Shown here piece after piece: positions 1-8,213 of a stretch of DNA of 64,000 nucleotides. The stretch is from a plasmid: sequence record NZ_LR134463.1; one strand, given 5' to 3'. The first letter of the stretch is position 1; the number at the start of each line of letters is the position of its first letter. The notes beneath the pieces are model-generated. The model did not search any database and was not told the DNA's origin. It saw only the letters and a list, made by a program, of their open reading frames with translations. The position numbers and the translations under genes are program-made.

Positions 1-5
1 CATCG

Positions 6-1313
6 ATGTCCAGTGCCGCCGCCGACCTGACGGTGCACTCGATTATTGATGCCCGTGCGCGGCTCGCCGGGGTGGTGTCGGTGAGCCCGCTGCAGCACTG
101 CGACCGGCTCTCGGCACTGACCGGGGCGAAGGTCTACCTCAAGCGCGAGGACCTGCAGGTGGTGCGCTCGTACAAGATCCGCGGCGCCTACAACCTGATG
201 GCGCAGCTCACCGACGCGGAGAAGGCGGCCGGGGTCGTCGCCGCCTCGGCCGGCAACCACGCGCAGGGCGTCGCCTTCGCGTGCCGCGCCATGGAGGTGC
301 ACGGCCGGATCTACGTGCCGACCACCACGCCGAAGCAGAAGCGGGACCGCATCCGCGCGCACGGCGGCCGGTACGTCGAGCTGATCGCGACCGGCGAGAC
401 CTACGACGCCGCGGCCGCCGCGGCCCAGGAGGACGTCGCGTCCACGGGCGCCACCTGGGTGCACGCCTTCGACGACTCCCGCACCACGTCGGGGCAGGGC
501 ACCATCGGCGTCGAGCTCGTCGAGCAGCTCGGCGGGGTCGTGCCGGACGTGACCGTCATGCCCGTCGGGGGTGCCGGCTGCTTCGCGGGTGTCACGCGGT
601 ACCTGCGCTCGCAGTCCCCGTCCGCCACGATCGTCGGCGCCGAGCCCGCAGGCGCACCGTCGCTGGCGCGGGCGCTCGAGGCCGGCGGGCCCATCGATCT
701 CCCGACCATCGACCCGTTCGTCGACGGCGCCGCCGTCAAGAGGATCGGCTCCATCGGCTACGACGTCGCCGTCGCCGAGGGCGCCGCGGTGTGGCCCGCG
801 CACGAGGTCCGCGACGTGGCGGCCGGCGAGCTCGGCATCATCGGGGTCGACGAGGGCGCCATCTGCACCGCGATGTTGGACCTGTACCAGAACGAGGGCG
901 TCATCGCGGAGCCGGCGGGCGCGCTGTCGGTGGCCGCGCTCGCGCAGCTGCGGTTCGAGCCCGGTGCCACTGTCGTGTGCCTGCTCTCGGGCGGCAACAA
1001 CGACGTCTCGCGCTACAACGAGGTGATCGAGCGCTCGCTGGTGCACCAGGGCCTCAAGCACTACTTCCTCGTCGCCTTCCCGCAGGAGCCCGGCGCGCTG
1101 CGCCGCTTCCTCGACGAGGTGCTGGGACCCGACGACGACGTCACCCTGTTCGAGTACGTCAAGCGCAACAACCGCGACACCGGCGAGGCGCTCGTCGGCA
1201 TCGAGCTCGGTACCGCGGGCGACCTCGGGGCGCTGCTGGAGCGGATGGATTCGTCGCGCCTGCACTGTGAGCGTCTGGAGCCGGGCTCGCCGGCGTACCG
1301 CTACCTGACGTGA
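6..1313 (+). CDS. ilvA: Threonine ammonia-lyase (biosynthetic threonine dehydratase) with a C-terminal regulatory domain
   Basis: A 435-aa ORF carrying the PLP-fold signature of the threonine dehydratase family (KREDLQ..SYKIRGA, GNHAQG) plus a C-terminal ACT-like regulatory region. Its position upstream of treZ/treY matches the Mtb ilvA (Rv1559) neighbourhood. Confidence 0.9.
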   Translation: MSSAAADLTVHSIIDARARLAGVVSVSPLQHCDRLSALTGAKVYLKREDLQVVRSYKIRGAYNLMAQLTDAEKAAGVVAASAGNHAQGVAFACRAMEVHGRIYVPTTTPKQKRDRIRAHGGRYVELIATGETYDAAAAAAQEDVASTGATWVHAFDDSRTTSGQGTIGVELVEQLGGVVPDVTVMPVGGAGCFAGVTRYLRSQSPSATIVGAEPAGAPSLARALEAGGPIDLPTIDPFVDGAAVKRIGSIGYDVAVAEGAAVWPAHEVRDVAAGELGIIGVDEGAICTAMLDLYQNEGVIAEPAGALSVAALAQLRFEPGATVVCLLSGGNNDVSRYNEVIERSLVHQGLKHYFLVAFPQEPGALRRFLDEVLGPDDDVTLFEYVKRNNRDTGEALVGIELGTAGDLGALLERMDSSRLHCERLEPGSPAYRYLT

Positions 1314-1340
1314 TCGCTCGCGCCTGCTCGGTGGAGCAGA

Positions 1341-1694
1341 ATGGCACCGAGGAGGCGCGGTATGGCGAAACTGGAGCATGCGTTCACCGGTGATTTCGAC
1401 AGGGCGTTGGAGGTGCTCGACGCGCACATCATCGGGGGCAGCGTCTCGGCCACCTTCGAGGACGGCAGCACCATCACGGCGGGTGGGGTTCGCGTCGCGG
1501 TGCGGGTGTACGAGCGGTACAGCTACACCGGATCCAACCGGGTGAGCCTGAATCTCACGCTCGTCGGGGATGGCGAGAACCTGTACCTGTCCGGGATCAC
1601 GTCCGGCGGGAGCCAGGCGATGTTCTTCAAGATCAACCGCGTCGGCGAGGACGCCTTCCTGGGCAAGCTCTGGGATGCGCTCGCCCAGCTCTGA
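1341..1694 (+). CDS. Hypothetical small protein (117 aa); the true start may be the internal Met at 1362
   Basis: An intact ORF lying between ilvA and a convergent membrane-protein gene. It has no recognisable motif, but its composition looks coding rather than the Arg/Pro-rich pattern of GC-frame artefacts. Confidence 0.35.
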   Translation: MAPRRRGMAKLEHAFTGDFDRALEVLDAHIIGGSVSATFEDGSTITAGGVRVAVRVYERYSYTGSNRVSLNLTLVGDGENLYLSGITSGGSQAMFFKINRVGEDAFLGKLWDALAQL

Positions 1695-1714
1695 GGAGCC
1701 GCCGGTCGGGATCG

Positions 1715-2218
1715 TCAGGCGACCGGAACCGACGGCTGCTGCGCCCGGTGCGCGGCGACGCGCTGCTGCAGGAAGTAGTTCTGCGCGTAGAGGGTGATGC
1801 CGATGAAGAGCATCGTCGTGACGCCGGCGAAGCCGCGGCCGGTGTGGTCGCCCATCGCCATCGGCACCAGGACGTCGACGCCCACGTGCAGGCCGATCGC
1901 GACGACCCACAGGCCGATGGTGGCGGCGGTGCCCTGGCGCAGGTAGCGGCCGTCGGGGCCTGGGAAGACCTTCGTGGTCAGCGCCCGCGGGTAGGCGAGG
2001 GCGACGGCGATGACGAGGCCCAGGACCGCGGCGACGACGTGGCCCGCGCCGACTTCGCCTCCGCCCGAAACATATTGCACGGTCTGGTACAGGCCGACGG
2101 CGGCGAGGACGAGGGCGATGCGGGCGGTCTTGTCCTTGAGCGGACGGGCCTGCAACTGGCGGTAGAAGATCCAGCCGATGGCGAGGACGGCGATGACGGC
2201 GGTGGTCGCTGTGTTCAT
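1715..2218 (-). CDS. Small integral membrane protein (DUF1453/CcdC-like), ~167 aa
   Basis: The product shows four predicted hydrophobic helices starting MNTATTAVIAVLAIGWIF. The ORF-track start at 2365 adds an Arg-rich N-terminus that is probably not translated, so I chose the ATG at 2218. Confidence 0.5.
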   Translation of the reverse strand: MNTATTAVIAVLAIGWIFYRQLQARPLKDKTARIALVLAAVGLYQTVQYVSGGGEVGAGHVVAAVLGLVIAVALAYPRALTTKVFPGPDGRYLRQGTAATIGLWVVAIGLHVGVDVLVPMAMGDHTGRGFAGVTTMLFIGITLYAQNYFLQQRVAAHRAQQPSVPVA

Positions 2219-2297
2219 GCCGGTGACTCTGCCGCGATCCGGGCCGCGGCGGATCGACCGACGGGTGGAGATCCGGGTGGAGACGTAGCCTCGACCC

Positions 2298-2729
2298 ATG
2301 CAGATCAGCGAGACCCTGACGCCCGCCGTCGTCGACTTCCTCTCCGCCGGAACGCGGACCGGCAACCTCGCCTACCTCGCCGGCGACGGGCGCCCGCTCA
2401 CGACGCCGGTCTGGTTCGTCATCGACGACGGTGCTCTCGTCTTCGCGACGGGGCGGGACACCCCGAAGGGACGCCTGCTGGCGAAGGACCCGCGGGTGGC
2501 GCTTTCCGTCGACCTGCAGGAGCCGCCCTACGCGTTCGCACAGGTGCAGGGCATCGCGGAACTCGTCGACGACCCCGACTACCTACTGAAGGTCTGTACC
2601 GCGTGCGGTGTCCGGTACATGGGTGCCGAGCGGGGCGAGGAGTTCGGTCGGCGCAACGCCGTCCCCGAGGAGATCGTCGTGCGGGTGCGCCCGACGCGCG
2701 TCCTGTTCAACGGCGACGTCACCGCCTGA
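2298..2729 (+). CDS. PPOX-class F420-dependent oxidoreductase (pyridoxamine 5'-phosphate oxidase-like split-barrel)
   Basis: A 143-aa product whose pattern (TPVWFVIDDGALVF, DPRVALSVD, PYAFAQVQGIAELV) is typical of the actinobacterial F420-dependent PPOX family. Confidence 0.75.
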   Translation: MQISETLTPAVVDFLSAGTRTGNLAYLAGDGRPLTTPVWFVIDDGALVFATGRDTPKGRLLAKDPRVALSVDLQEPPYAFAQVQGIAELVDDPDYLLKVCTACGVRYMGAERGEEFGRRNAVPEEIVVRVRPTRVLFNGDVTA

Positions 2730-2828
2730 CGCCGGCCCCTCCGCGCGCGGAATCTGTCGGACCCTTCCGGTACATCTCTATCCCAGGGGAGTCCCGGCGA
2801 ATGACGCCGGGCGGAGGAGGACGGCATC

Positions 2829-3554
2829 ATGCCCACCTGGGTCTCGGCGATCATCATCGTCGTATCGCTATTGCTGATCGCGTGGAATCTGTCGCGCGCG
2901 AAGGACGCTCGCTGGCGGAGGGACTACCGGTCCGTCCTCCGTGCGCTGCGCTGGTGGATGCTGCCGGGCGCGCTCCTCACCCTCGCCGTGGTGATCGGCG
3001 TGACCCAGGCGCTGTGGCAGATCCCCGCGTTGCGGACCGGGTGGTGGAACCTGGCGGGCGGGGTGGGCAACGTCTACCTGGGGCAGACGTCCAACGAGGG
3101 GATCGGGTGGCGGCTGACCGCTCTCGCGGTGCCGCTGCTGCTCGCGCTCATTCTGCCGATCGCGGCCTTCGCCGAGGAGTCGATCTTCCGCTCCGGGTTG
3201 GAGGACCAGTCCTGGGGCGTGCGCATCGGACGGCAGGTGGTGTTCGGTTTCCTCCACTGCCTCCTGGCCGGCGTTCCTCTCGCCGCGGGCTTCGCGATCA
3301 GCGTCGCGGGCGGCTACTACGCCGCGGTGTACCTGGCCGCATACCGCGCGGAGGCCAGGGCGAACCCCGACCGCGTGCTCGTCGGGCCGGGCCCCGGTGA
3401 GCGGTGGGAGGACTGGGTGCGGCAGGCGGACCAGGCGGTCGAGAGGGGTGCCGACGCGCAGCGCGGTGCGGTCGTGACCGCCGCGGCGGCGCATCTGACG
3501 TTCAACGCCATCATCCTGACGGTGGTCATCGTCGCCGCCGCGATCGCGGTCTGA
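2829..3554 (+). CDS. CPBP-family intramembrane glutamic endopeptidase (CAAX protease/Abi-like)
   Basis: A multi-pass membrane protein carrying the three CPBP motifs: EExxxR (AEESIFRSG), FxxxH (FGFLHCL) and a C-terminal His (AAAAHLTFN). Confidence 0.7.
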   Translation: MPTWVSAIIIVVSLLLIAWNLSRAKDARWRRDYRSVLRALRWWMLPGALLTLAVVIGVTQALWQIPALRTGWWNLAGGVGNVYLGQTSNEGIGWRLTALAVPLLLALILPIAAFAEESIFRSGLEDQSWGVRIGRQVVFGFLHCLLAGVPLAAGFAISVAGGYYAAVYLAAYRAEARANPDRVLVGPGPGERWEDWVRQADQAVERGADAQRGAVVTAAAAHLTFNAIILTVVIVAAAIAV

Positions 3555-4580
3555 TCAGCCGAGCTCGTCGACCGCGCCCTTGATCAGCTCGAGGCTGTGC
3601 TTGCGCTCCGCGAGGCCGGGGATCATGCCGGAGATCATCAGCTCCTGCGGCTGGGTGCGGGTGAGCAGCTCGTGCAGCTCGTCGCGGACCGTCTCCTGGG
3701 ACCCGACGATCCATGCCGACGTGGTCGGGGCGATCGCGTGCTCCTGCTCGGGCGTGAGCGGCTGCGCAGCGGCCTGTTCGTAGGTCATCATCCGGCCCGG
3801 GTTACCGGTGCGCACCCGGTACATCGACGCCTTCGCGGGGCCGGCGATGCGCTGCGCCTCCGCGTCGGTGTCCGCCGCCACGACGGTGACCGTCAGCATC
3901 GCGTTGGGGGAGTCGAGGTCCCCGGGGCGGAAGGTCTCCCGGTACTCGGCGAGCGCGGGCAGCGTGGCCTGCGGCGCGAAGTGGCGGGCGAAGGCGAACG
4001 GCAGGCCCAGCAGGCCCGCGAGCTTCGCGCTGAACGTCGACGAGCCGAGCAGCCACATCTGCGGGTTCGAGCCGACGCCCGGCGTCGCGGTGATCGCCAC
4101 GTACGGGTGGTCGGCGGGGAAGTCGTCGTTCAGGAACGCCCGCAGGTGCGCCAGGGCCTGGGGGAAGTCGTCGACGGACTCGCTCACTTTGCCACCGCGG
4201 AGCGCGTGCGCGGTCAGCTGGTCGGTGCCCGGCGCGCGACCGATGCCGAGGTCGATGCGATCGGGGAACAGCGCGTCGAGAGTGCCGAACTGCTCGGCCA
4301 CGACGAGCGGCTGGTGGTTCGGCAGCATGACACCGCCCGAGCCCACGCGGATCGTCTCGGTGGCCGCCGCGATCTGACCGATGAGCACCGCGGGCGCGGA
4401 GCTCGCGATGCCCGGCATGGAGTGGTGCTCCGCGACCCAGACCCGCTCGTAGCCAAGGCGTTCGGCCTCCTGTGCGGTCGCGATGGTGTCGCGGAGGGCG
4501 TCGCCGAAGGACGCACCGTCGACGACGGGGGCGAGCTCGAGCAGGGACAGGCGGGGGCGGGGGAACGGTGCTTCGGTCAC
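3555..4580 (-). CDS. LLM-class flavin/F420-dependent oxidoreductase (luciferase-like monooxygenase family)
   Basis: It has a TIM-barrel LLM signature ([37 protein letters not shown]). The ORF-track start at 4613 lies inside the upstream hairpin, so the start is more likely the GTG at 4580 (VTEAPF). Confidence 0.8.
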   Translation of the reverse strand: MTEAPFPRPRLSLLELAPVVDGASFGDALRDTIATAQEAERLGYERVWVAEHHSMPGIASSAPAVLIGQIAAATETIRVGSGGVMLPNHQPLVVAEQFGTLDALFPDRIDLGIGRAPGTDQLTAHALRGGKVSESVDDFPQALAHLRAFLNDDFPADHPYVAITATPGVGSNPQMWLLGSSTFSAKLAGLLGLPFAFARHFAPQATLPALAEYRETFRPGDLDSPNAMLTVTVVAADTDAEAQRIAGPAKASMYRVRTGNPGRMMTYEQAAAQPLTPEQEHAIAPTTSAWIVGSQETVRDELHELLTRTQPQELMISGMIPGLAERKHSLELIKGAVDELG

Positions 4581-4593
4581 AGAAGAGACAACC

Positions 4594-4626
4594 GGGGGCG
4601 GCCCGGAAATCATCCCGGACCGCCCC
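4594..4626 (-). terminator. GC-rich stem-loop between the two tandem LLM genes
   Basis: GGGGGCGGCCCGG-aaatcat-CCCGGACCGCCCCC is a near-perfect inverted repeat immediately downstream of the upstream LLM stop codon (minus strand). Confidence 0.5.
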
Positions 4627-4646
4627 CGACGGCGTCGTGGCGACGG

Positions 4647-5687
4647 CTACACGAGCTCGCGCAGCGCCTCGATCTGCTTCACCCGGCCGGCCGCGTCCTC
4701 CGCGATCGGCACGACGTTGAGCACGGTGGCGCCGGCCTCCTCGAACGCGGCGATCCGCTCCTTCACGTAGCCCTTCGGGCCGATGAGGGAGACGCTGCGG
4801 GCCAGCTCGTCCGGCACGGCCTCGACCGCGGCGGCCTTGTCACCGGCGAGGTAGAGCTCCTGGATCCGGTCGGCCTCGGCGCCGTAGCCGTAGTTGGTGG
4901 CCAGGGTGTGGTAGAAGTTCTTGCCCTTGGCGCCCATGCCGCCGATGTACAGCGCGAGGTGCGGCTTGACGAAGCCGAGCAGGTGGTCGACGTTCTCGCC
5001 GATCGCGAGCGCGGGGCCCGCGTAGACGTCCAGCTCGCCGAGCGACGGGTCGCGCTTGGCCTTGCCCTCGGCGACGGCGTCGCCCCACACGTCCTTCGCC
5101 TTCTCCGGCAGGAAGAAGATGGGCTGCCAGCCCTCGGCGACCTCCGCCGCCAGCGCCACGTTCTTCTGGCCCAGCGCGGCCAGCAGCACCGGGATGCGCT
5201 CGCGCACCGGGTGGTTGATCAGCTTCAGCGGCTTGCCGAGCCCGGTGCCGCCGTCCTCCTGGGTGAGCGGCATCGTGTAGAACTTGCCGCGGTGCTCGAG
5301 CCGCTCGCGGCGCCACACCTTGCGGCAGACCTCGATGATCTCGCGGGTCCGGCCGATCGGAGCGTCGTACTTCACGCCGTGGAAGCCCTCGATCACCTGC
5401 GGGCCCGAGGCGCCGAGGCCGAGGATGAACCGGCCGTCGGAGACGTTGTCCAGGCCCGCGGCGGTCATCGCCGTCAGCGTGGGCGTGCGGGTGTAGATCT
5501 GCAGGATGCCGGACGCCAACTGCACGCGCTCCGTCTTCGCGGCGAGGTAGCCCAGCGCGCTCACCGCGTCGAACGAGTACGCCTCGGGGACGAAGACGAT
5601 GTCCAGCCCCGCCCGCTCCAGGTCGAGGACCTCGTCGGCCGTGGCCTTGAACCCGTCCGTGTAGTTGATGCCCAATCCGATTCGCAT
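4647..5687 (-). CDS. LLM-class F420-dependent oxidoreductase
   Basis: A 347-aa product starting MRIGLGINY (ATG at 5687) with LLM motifs (FVPEAYSFD, RFILGLGASGP) that resembles the F420-dependent G6PD/MER-like subgroup. The 854-aa ORF listed in the track is a read-through of this gene plus the antisense of treZ. Confidence 0.8.
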   Translation of the reverse strand: MRIGLGINYTDGFKATADEVLDLERAGLDIVFVPEAYSFDAVSALGYLAAKTERVQLASGILQIYTRTPTLTAMTAAGLDNVSDGRFILGLGASGPQVIEGFHGVKYDAPIGRTREIIEVCRKVWRRERLEHRGKFYTMPLTQEDGGTGLGKPLKLINHPVRERIPVLLAALGQKNVALAAEVAEGWQPIFFLPEKAKDVWGDAVAEGKAKRDPSLGELDVYAGPALAIGENVDHLLGFVKPHLALYIGGMGAKGKNFYHTLATNYGYGAEADRIQELYLAGDKAAAVEAVPDELARSVSLIGPKGYVKERIAAFEEAGATVLNVVPIAEDAAGRVKQIEALRELV

Positions 5688-5743
5688 AGGCGTTAGGTTC
5701 TCACAAAGCAACCGCTTAGCGACAGGGTGCCCGAGGATTGTGG

Positions 5744-7483
5744 TCAGGTCCCGCGGCGGAGCACCACGAAGGAGTGCCCGGGCACCGTCGTCGCGCCGTC
5801 CGCGATCGACGGCTCCTCCCACGACAGCACGGGGGACCCGTCGAACGGCGCGGCGACCGGCGACGGGGAGAAGTTCACGACCAGTGTCAGGTCGCCCCGG
5901 TGCACGGCGAACCAGGTGGCCTCGCCCGGGTGATCGCAGGCGACGGCCCGCAGGTCGTCTGCGGCGAGGGCGGGGTCGCGACGGAGCGCGATGAGGGCGC
6001 GATGGGTCTCCAGCAGCCGCGCGTGCTCCGGACTCGCCGGCTCCGACCAGTCCAGGTGCGAGACCGCGAAGGTCTCGGGATCCTGCGGGTCGGGCACGTC
6101 GCCCGGCGGCCAGCCGTGCTCGGCGAACTCGGCCTTGCGACCCTCCGCGGTGGCGCGCGCCAGCTCCGGCTCGGGATGGCTGGTGAAGAAGCGGAAGGGC
6201 GTCCGCGCGCCCCACTCCTCGCCCATGAACAGCATGGGCGTGAACGCGGAGAACAGGACCAGCGCGGCCTTCACCGCCAGTTGGCCGTCGGTCAGGTACG
6301 CCGCGGGCCGGTCGCCGCGGGCTCGGTTGCCCACCTGGTCGTGCGTGCACGTGTAGGCCAGGAGCTGTGACGGTGCCACCCGCGCGGGGTCGATCCGTTC
6401 CCCGTGGGTGCGGCCGCGGAACGAGCTGTACGTGCCGGCGTGGAAGAAGCCCTCGGTGAGGACCGTCGCGAGGCACTCGGGGCTGCCGAAGTCGGCGTAG
6501 TACCCCTGTCGCTCGCCCGAGACGATGGTGTGGATCGCGTGGTGCACGTCGTCGTTCCACTGGGCGGCGAGCCCGCAGCCGCCCAACTCGGTGGCGGTGA
6601 CCAGGCGCGGGTCGTTGAGGTCCGATTCCGCGACGAGGGCCAGCGGACGGCCGAGGTCGGCGGAGAGGCTCGCGGCCAGCGCGGCGGCGTCCTGCAGGAT
6701 ATGGCGGTCGGAGTGGTCGACGAGGGCGTGCACTGCGTCGAGCCGCAGCCCGTCGACGCCGTAGCGGCGCAGCCACCAACCGATGTCGTCGAGCAGGAAC
6801 CGACGGACCTCGGCGCTGCCCTCGCCGGACAGGTTGATGGTGCGACCCCAGGAGTTCGCGCCGTCGGTCTCGTACGGGCCGAAGCGCCCGAGGTAGTTGC
6901 CCGACGGTCCGAGGTGGTTGTGCACCACGTCGAGGAGCACTCCCAGTCCGAGGTCGTGCGCCGCCGCGACGAAGCGCTCCAAGCCCGACGGTCCGCCGTA
7001 GGGCTCGTGCACCGCGAACCAGCCGACACCGTCGTAGCCCCAGCCGTGCTCCCCGTTGAAGGCGTTGACCGGCATCACCTGCACGAAGCCGACGCCCAGG
7101 TCCCGTAGGTGCGGCAGGCGCTCGATGGCCGCGTCGAACGTGCCCTCGGGGGTGAACGCGCCGATGTGCAGCTCGTAGACGACCGCACCACGCAGCGCGC
7201 GGCCCGCCCACCGCGGGCCGTCCACCTCCGGGATCAGCGCCGACGGGCCGTGGACCCCGTCGGGCTGGCGGGGCGAGCGCGGATCCGGGAGGACCGTCTC
7301 GTCGTCATCGAGGAGGAAGCCGTATCGCGCACCGGGCGAGGCCGGCGCGGTGACCCGCCACCAGTCGCCGGTGCCGCGGCGCATCGCGTGGACCGCACCC
7401 TCGAGCCAGAGCCGCACCCGCCGGGGCCGCGGAGCCCACACCTCGAAGGCGTGGTCGGCGGCGGCGACGGGCGGGGTGGACAT
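5744..7483 (-). CDS. treZ: Malto-oligosyltrehalose trehalohydrolase
   Basis: A 579-aa GH13 enzyme with the characteristic TreZ N-terminus (FEVWAPRP..WLEG) and catalytic regions (GFVQVMPVNAF, GVLLDVVHNHLGP, DGLRLDAVHA). It sits downstream of treY as in mycobacteria. Confidence 0.9.
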   Translation of the reverse strand: MSTPPVAAADHAFEVWAPRPRRVRLWLEGAVHAMRRGTGDWWRVTAPASPGARYGFLLDDDETVLPDPRSPRQPDGVHGPSALIPEVDGPRWAGRALRGAVVYELHIGAFTPEGTFDAAIERLPHLRDLGVGFVQVMPVNAFNGEHGWGYDGVGWFAVHEPYGGPSGLERFVAAAHDLGLGVLLDVVHNHLGPSGNYLGRFGPYETDGANSWGRTINLSGEGSAEVRRFLLDDIGWWLRRYGVDGLRLDAVHALVDHSDRHILQDAAALAASLSADLGRPLALVAESDLNDPRLVTATELGGCGLAAQWNDDVHHAIHTIVSGERQGYYADFGSPECLATVLTEGFFHAGTYSSFRGRTHGERIDPARVAPSQLLAYTCTHDQVGNRARGDRPAAYLTDGQLAVKAALVLFSAFTPMLFMGEEWGARTPFRFFTSHPEPELARATAEGRKAEFAEHGWPPGDVPDPQDPETFAVSHLDWSEPASPEHARLLETHRALIALRRDPALAADDLRAVACDHPGEATWFAVHRGDLTLVVNFSPSPVAAPFDGSPVLSWEEPSIADGATTVPGHSFVVLRRGT

Positions 7484-7501
7484 CGGTTCGCAACGATAGC
7501 G

Positions 7502-8179
7502 TCAGTGGAGGCTCTCCCACTCCGCGGTGCGGGCGCGGTGCAGCTCGATCGCCGCGAGCGCCGACTCCGCCGTCTCGTGCCGGCCGCCGGTGATGCACCC
7601 GATCGGGCGGTAGTCGTGCTGGTCGAGGGCGCGGAACCGCCACACGTCGTCCAACGAGTGGGTGCAGACGTGCGTGGTCAGCGTGACCACGGCCGGTTCC
7701 CCGAGGCACGCGCTGGCGTCCTCGGCGAAGACCTCCGCAAAGGTGCGCTCGCCGAGGCGGACGTACAGCGTGTCGCTCATCGGCACTTCGCTCAGCACGG
7801 TGCGATCCCCGGCGAGGATCAGCCGGTCGTGGATCTCAGCCGTGAGCGCCCAGGCCGAGGCCATCCCCGCGCAGCGGATCAGCAGGTGCGCGACCTCCTC
7901 CGCGTCGTCCAACAGCCCCAGGATGGAGTTGCGGCCCTCGCGCAGCGCCCGCACCTCGATGGCGCCGCCCGGCAGCGTCTGCGCGGTGAGGCGCGACGTT
8001 CCGGAGACCACGACCAGCCGCCCGGTGGGCAGCAGGTCGGCCGGGAGGCCGTGGTCGCGCAGCGATTCGGCGACCCGCGCGAGCGTGGAGGCGCGGATGC
8101 GGTTGCCGCTGACGCCGACGCGCGCGGTGGCGGACTGGGCGAGTGCCGTGGAGAGCGGCCGCGGGGTTTCGCTGTTCAT
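7502..8179 (-). CDS. Hypothetical protein (225 aa) inserted between treY and treZ
   Basis: An intact ORF with tight spacing, 18 bp upstream of the treZ start and 35 bp downstream of the treY stop. I could not assign a family with confidence, but it weakly resembles LUD/XdhC-like alpha/beta proteins. Confidence 0.4.
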   Translation of the reverse strand: MNSETPRPLSTALAQSATARVGVSGNRIRASTLARVAESLRDHGLPADLLPTGRLVVVSGTSRLTAQTLPGGAIEVRALREGRNSILGLLDDAEEVAHLLIRCAGMASAWALTAEIHDRLILAGDRTVLSEVPMSDTLYVRLGERTFAEVFAEDASACLGEPAVVTLTTHVCTHSLDDVWRFRALDQHDYRPIGCITGGRHETAESALAAIELHRARTAEWESLH

Positions 8180-8213
8180 GCCCCGAGTGTGCGCGGACCC
8201 ACTGACAAGTTTT

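Noticed and set aside
281-1270. Long ORFs antisense to, or out of frame with, ilvA and most other genes. Examples are 1748..3400, 3597..5696, 7662..9710, 11993..13804, 17586..18809 and 47275..49494. Their translations are rich in Arg, Pro, Gly and Ala.
   Set aside because: These are a typical artefact of ~70% GC sequence, where stop codons are rare in all frames. Their translations are low-complexity and each overlaps a gene with clear family motifs on the other frame or strand.
4647-7211. An 854-aa ORF on the minus strand.
   Set aside because: It is a chimera. Its 3' third is a genuine LLM oxidoreductase starting at the ATG at 5687. The remainder is the wrong frame or antisense relative to treZ.
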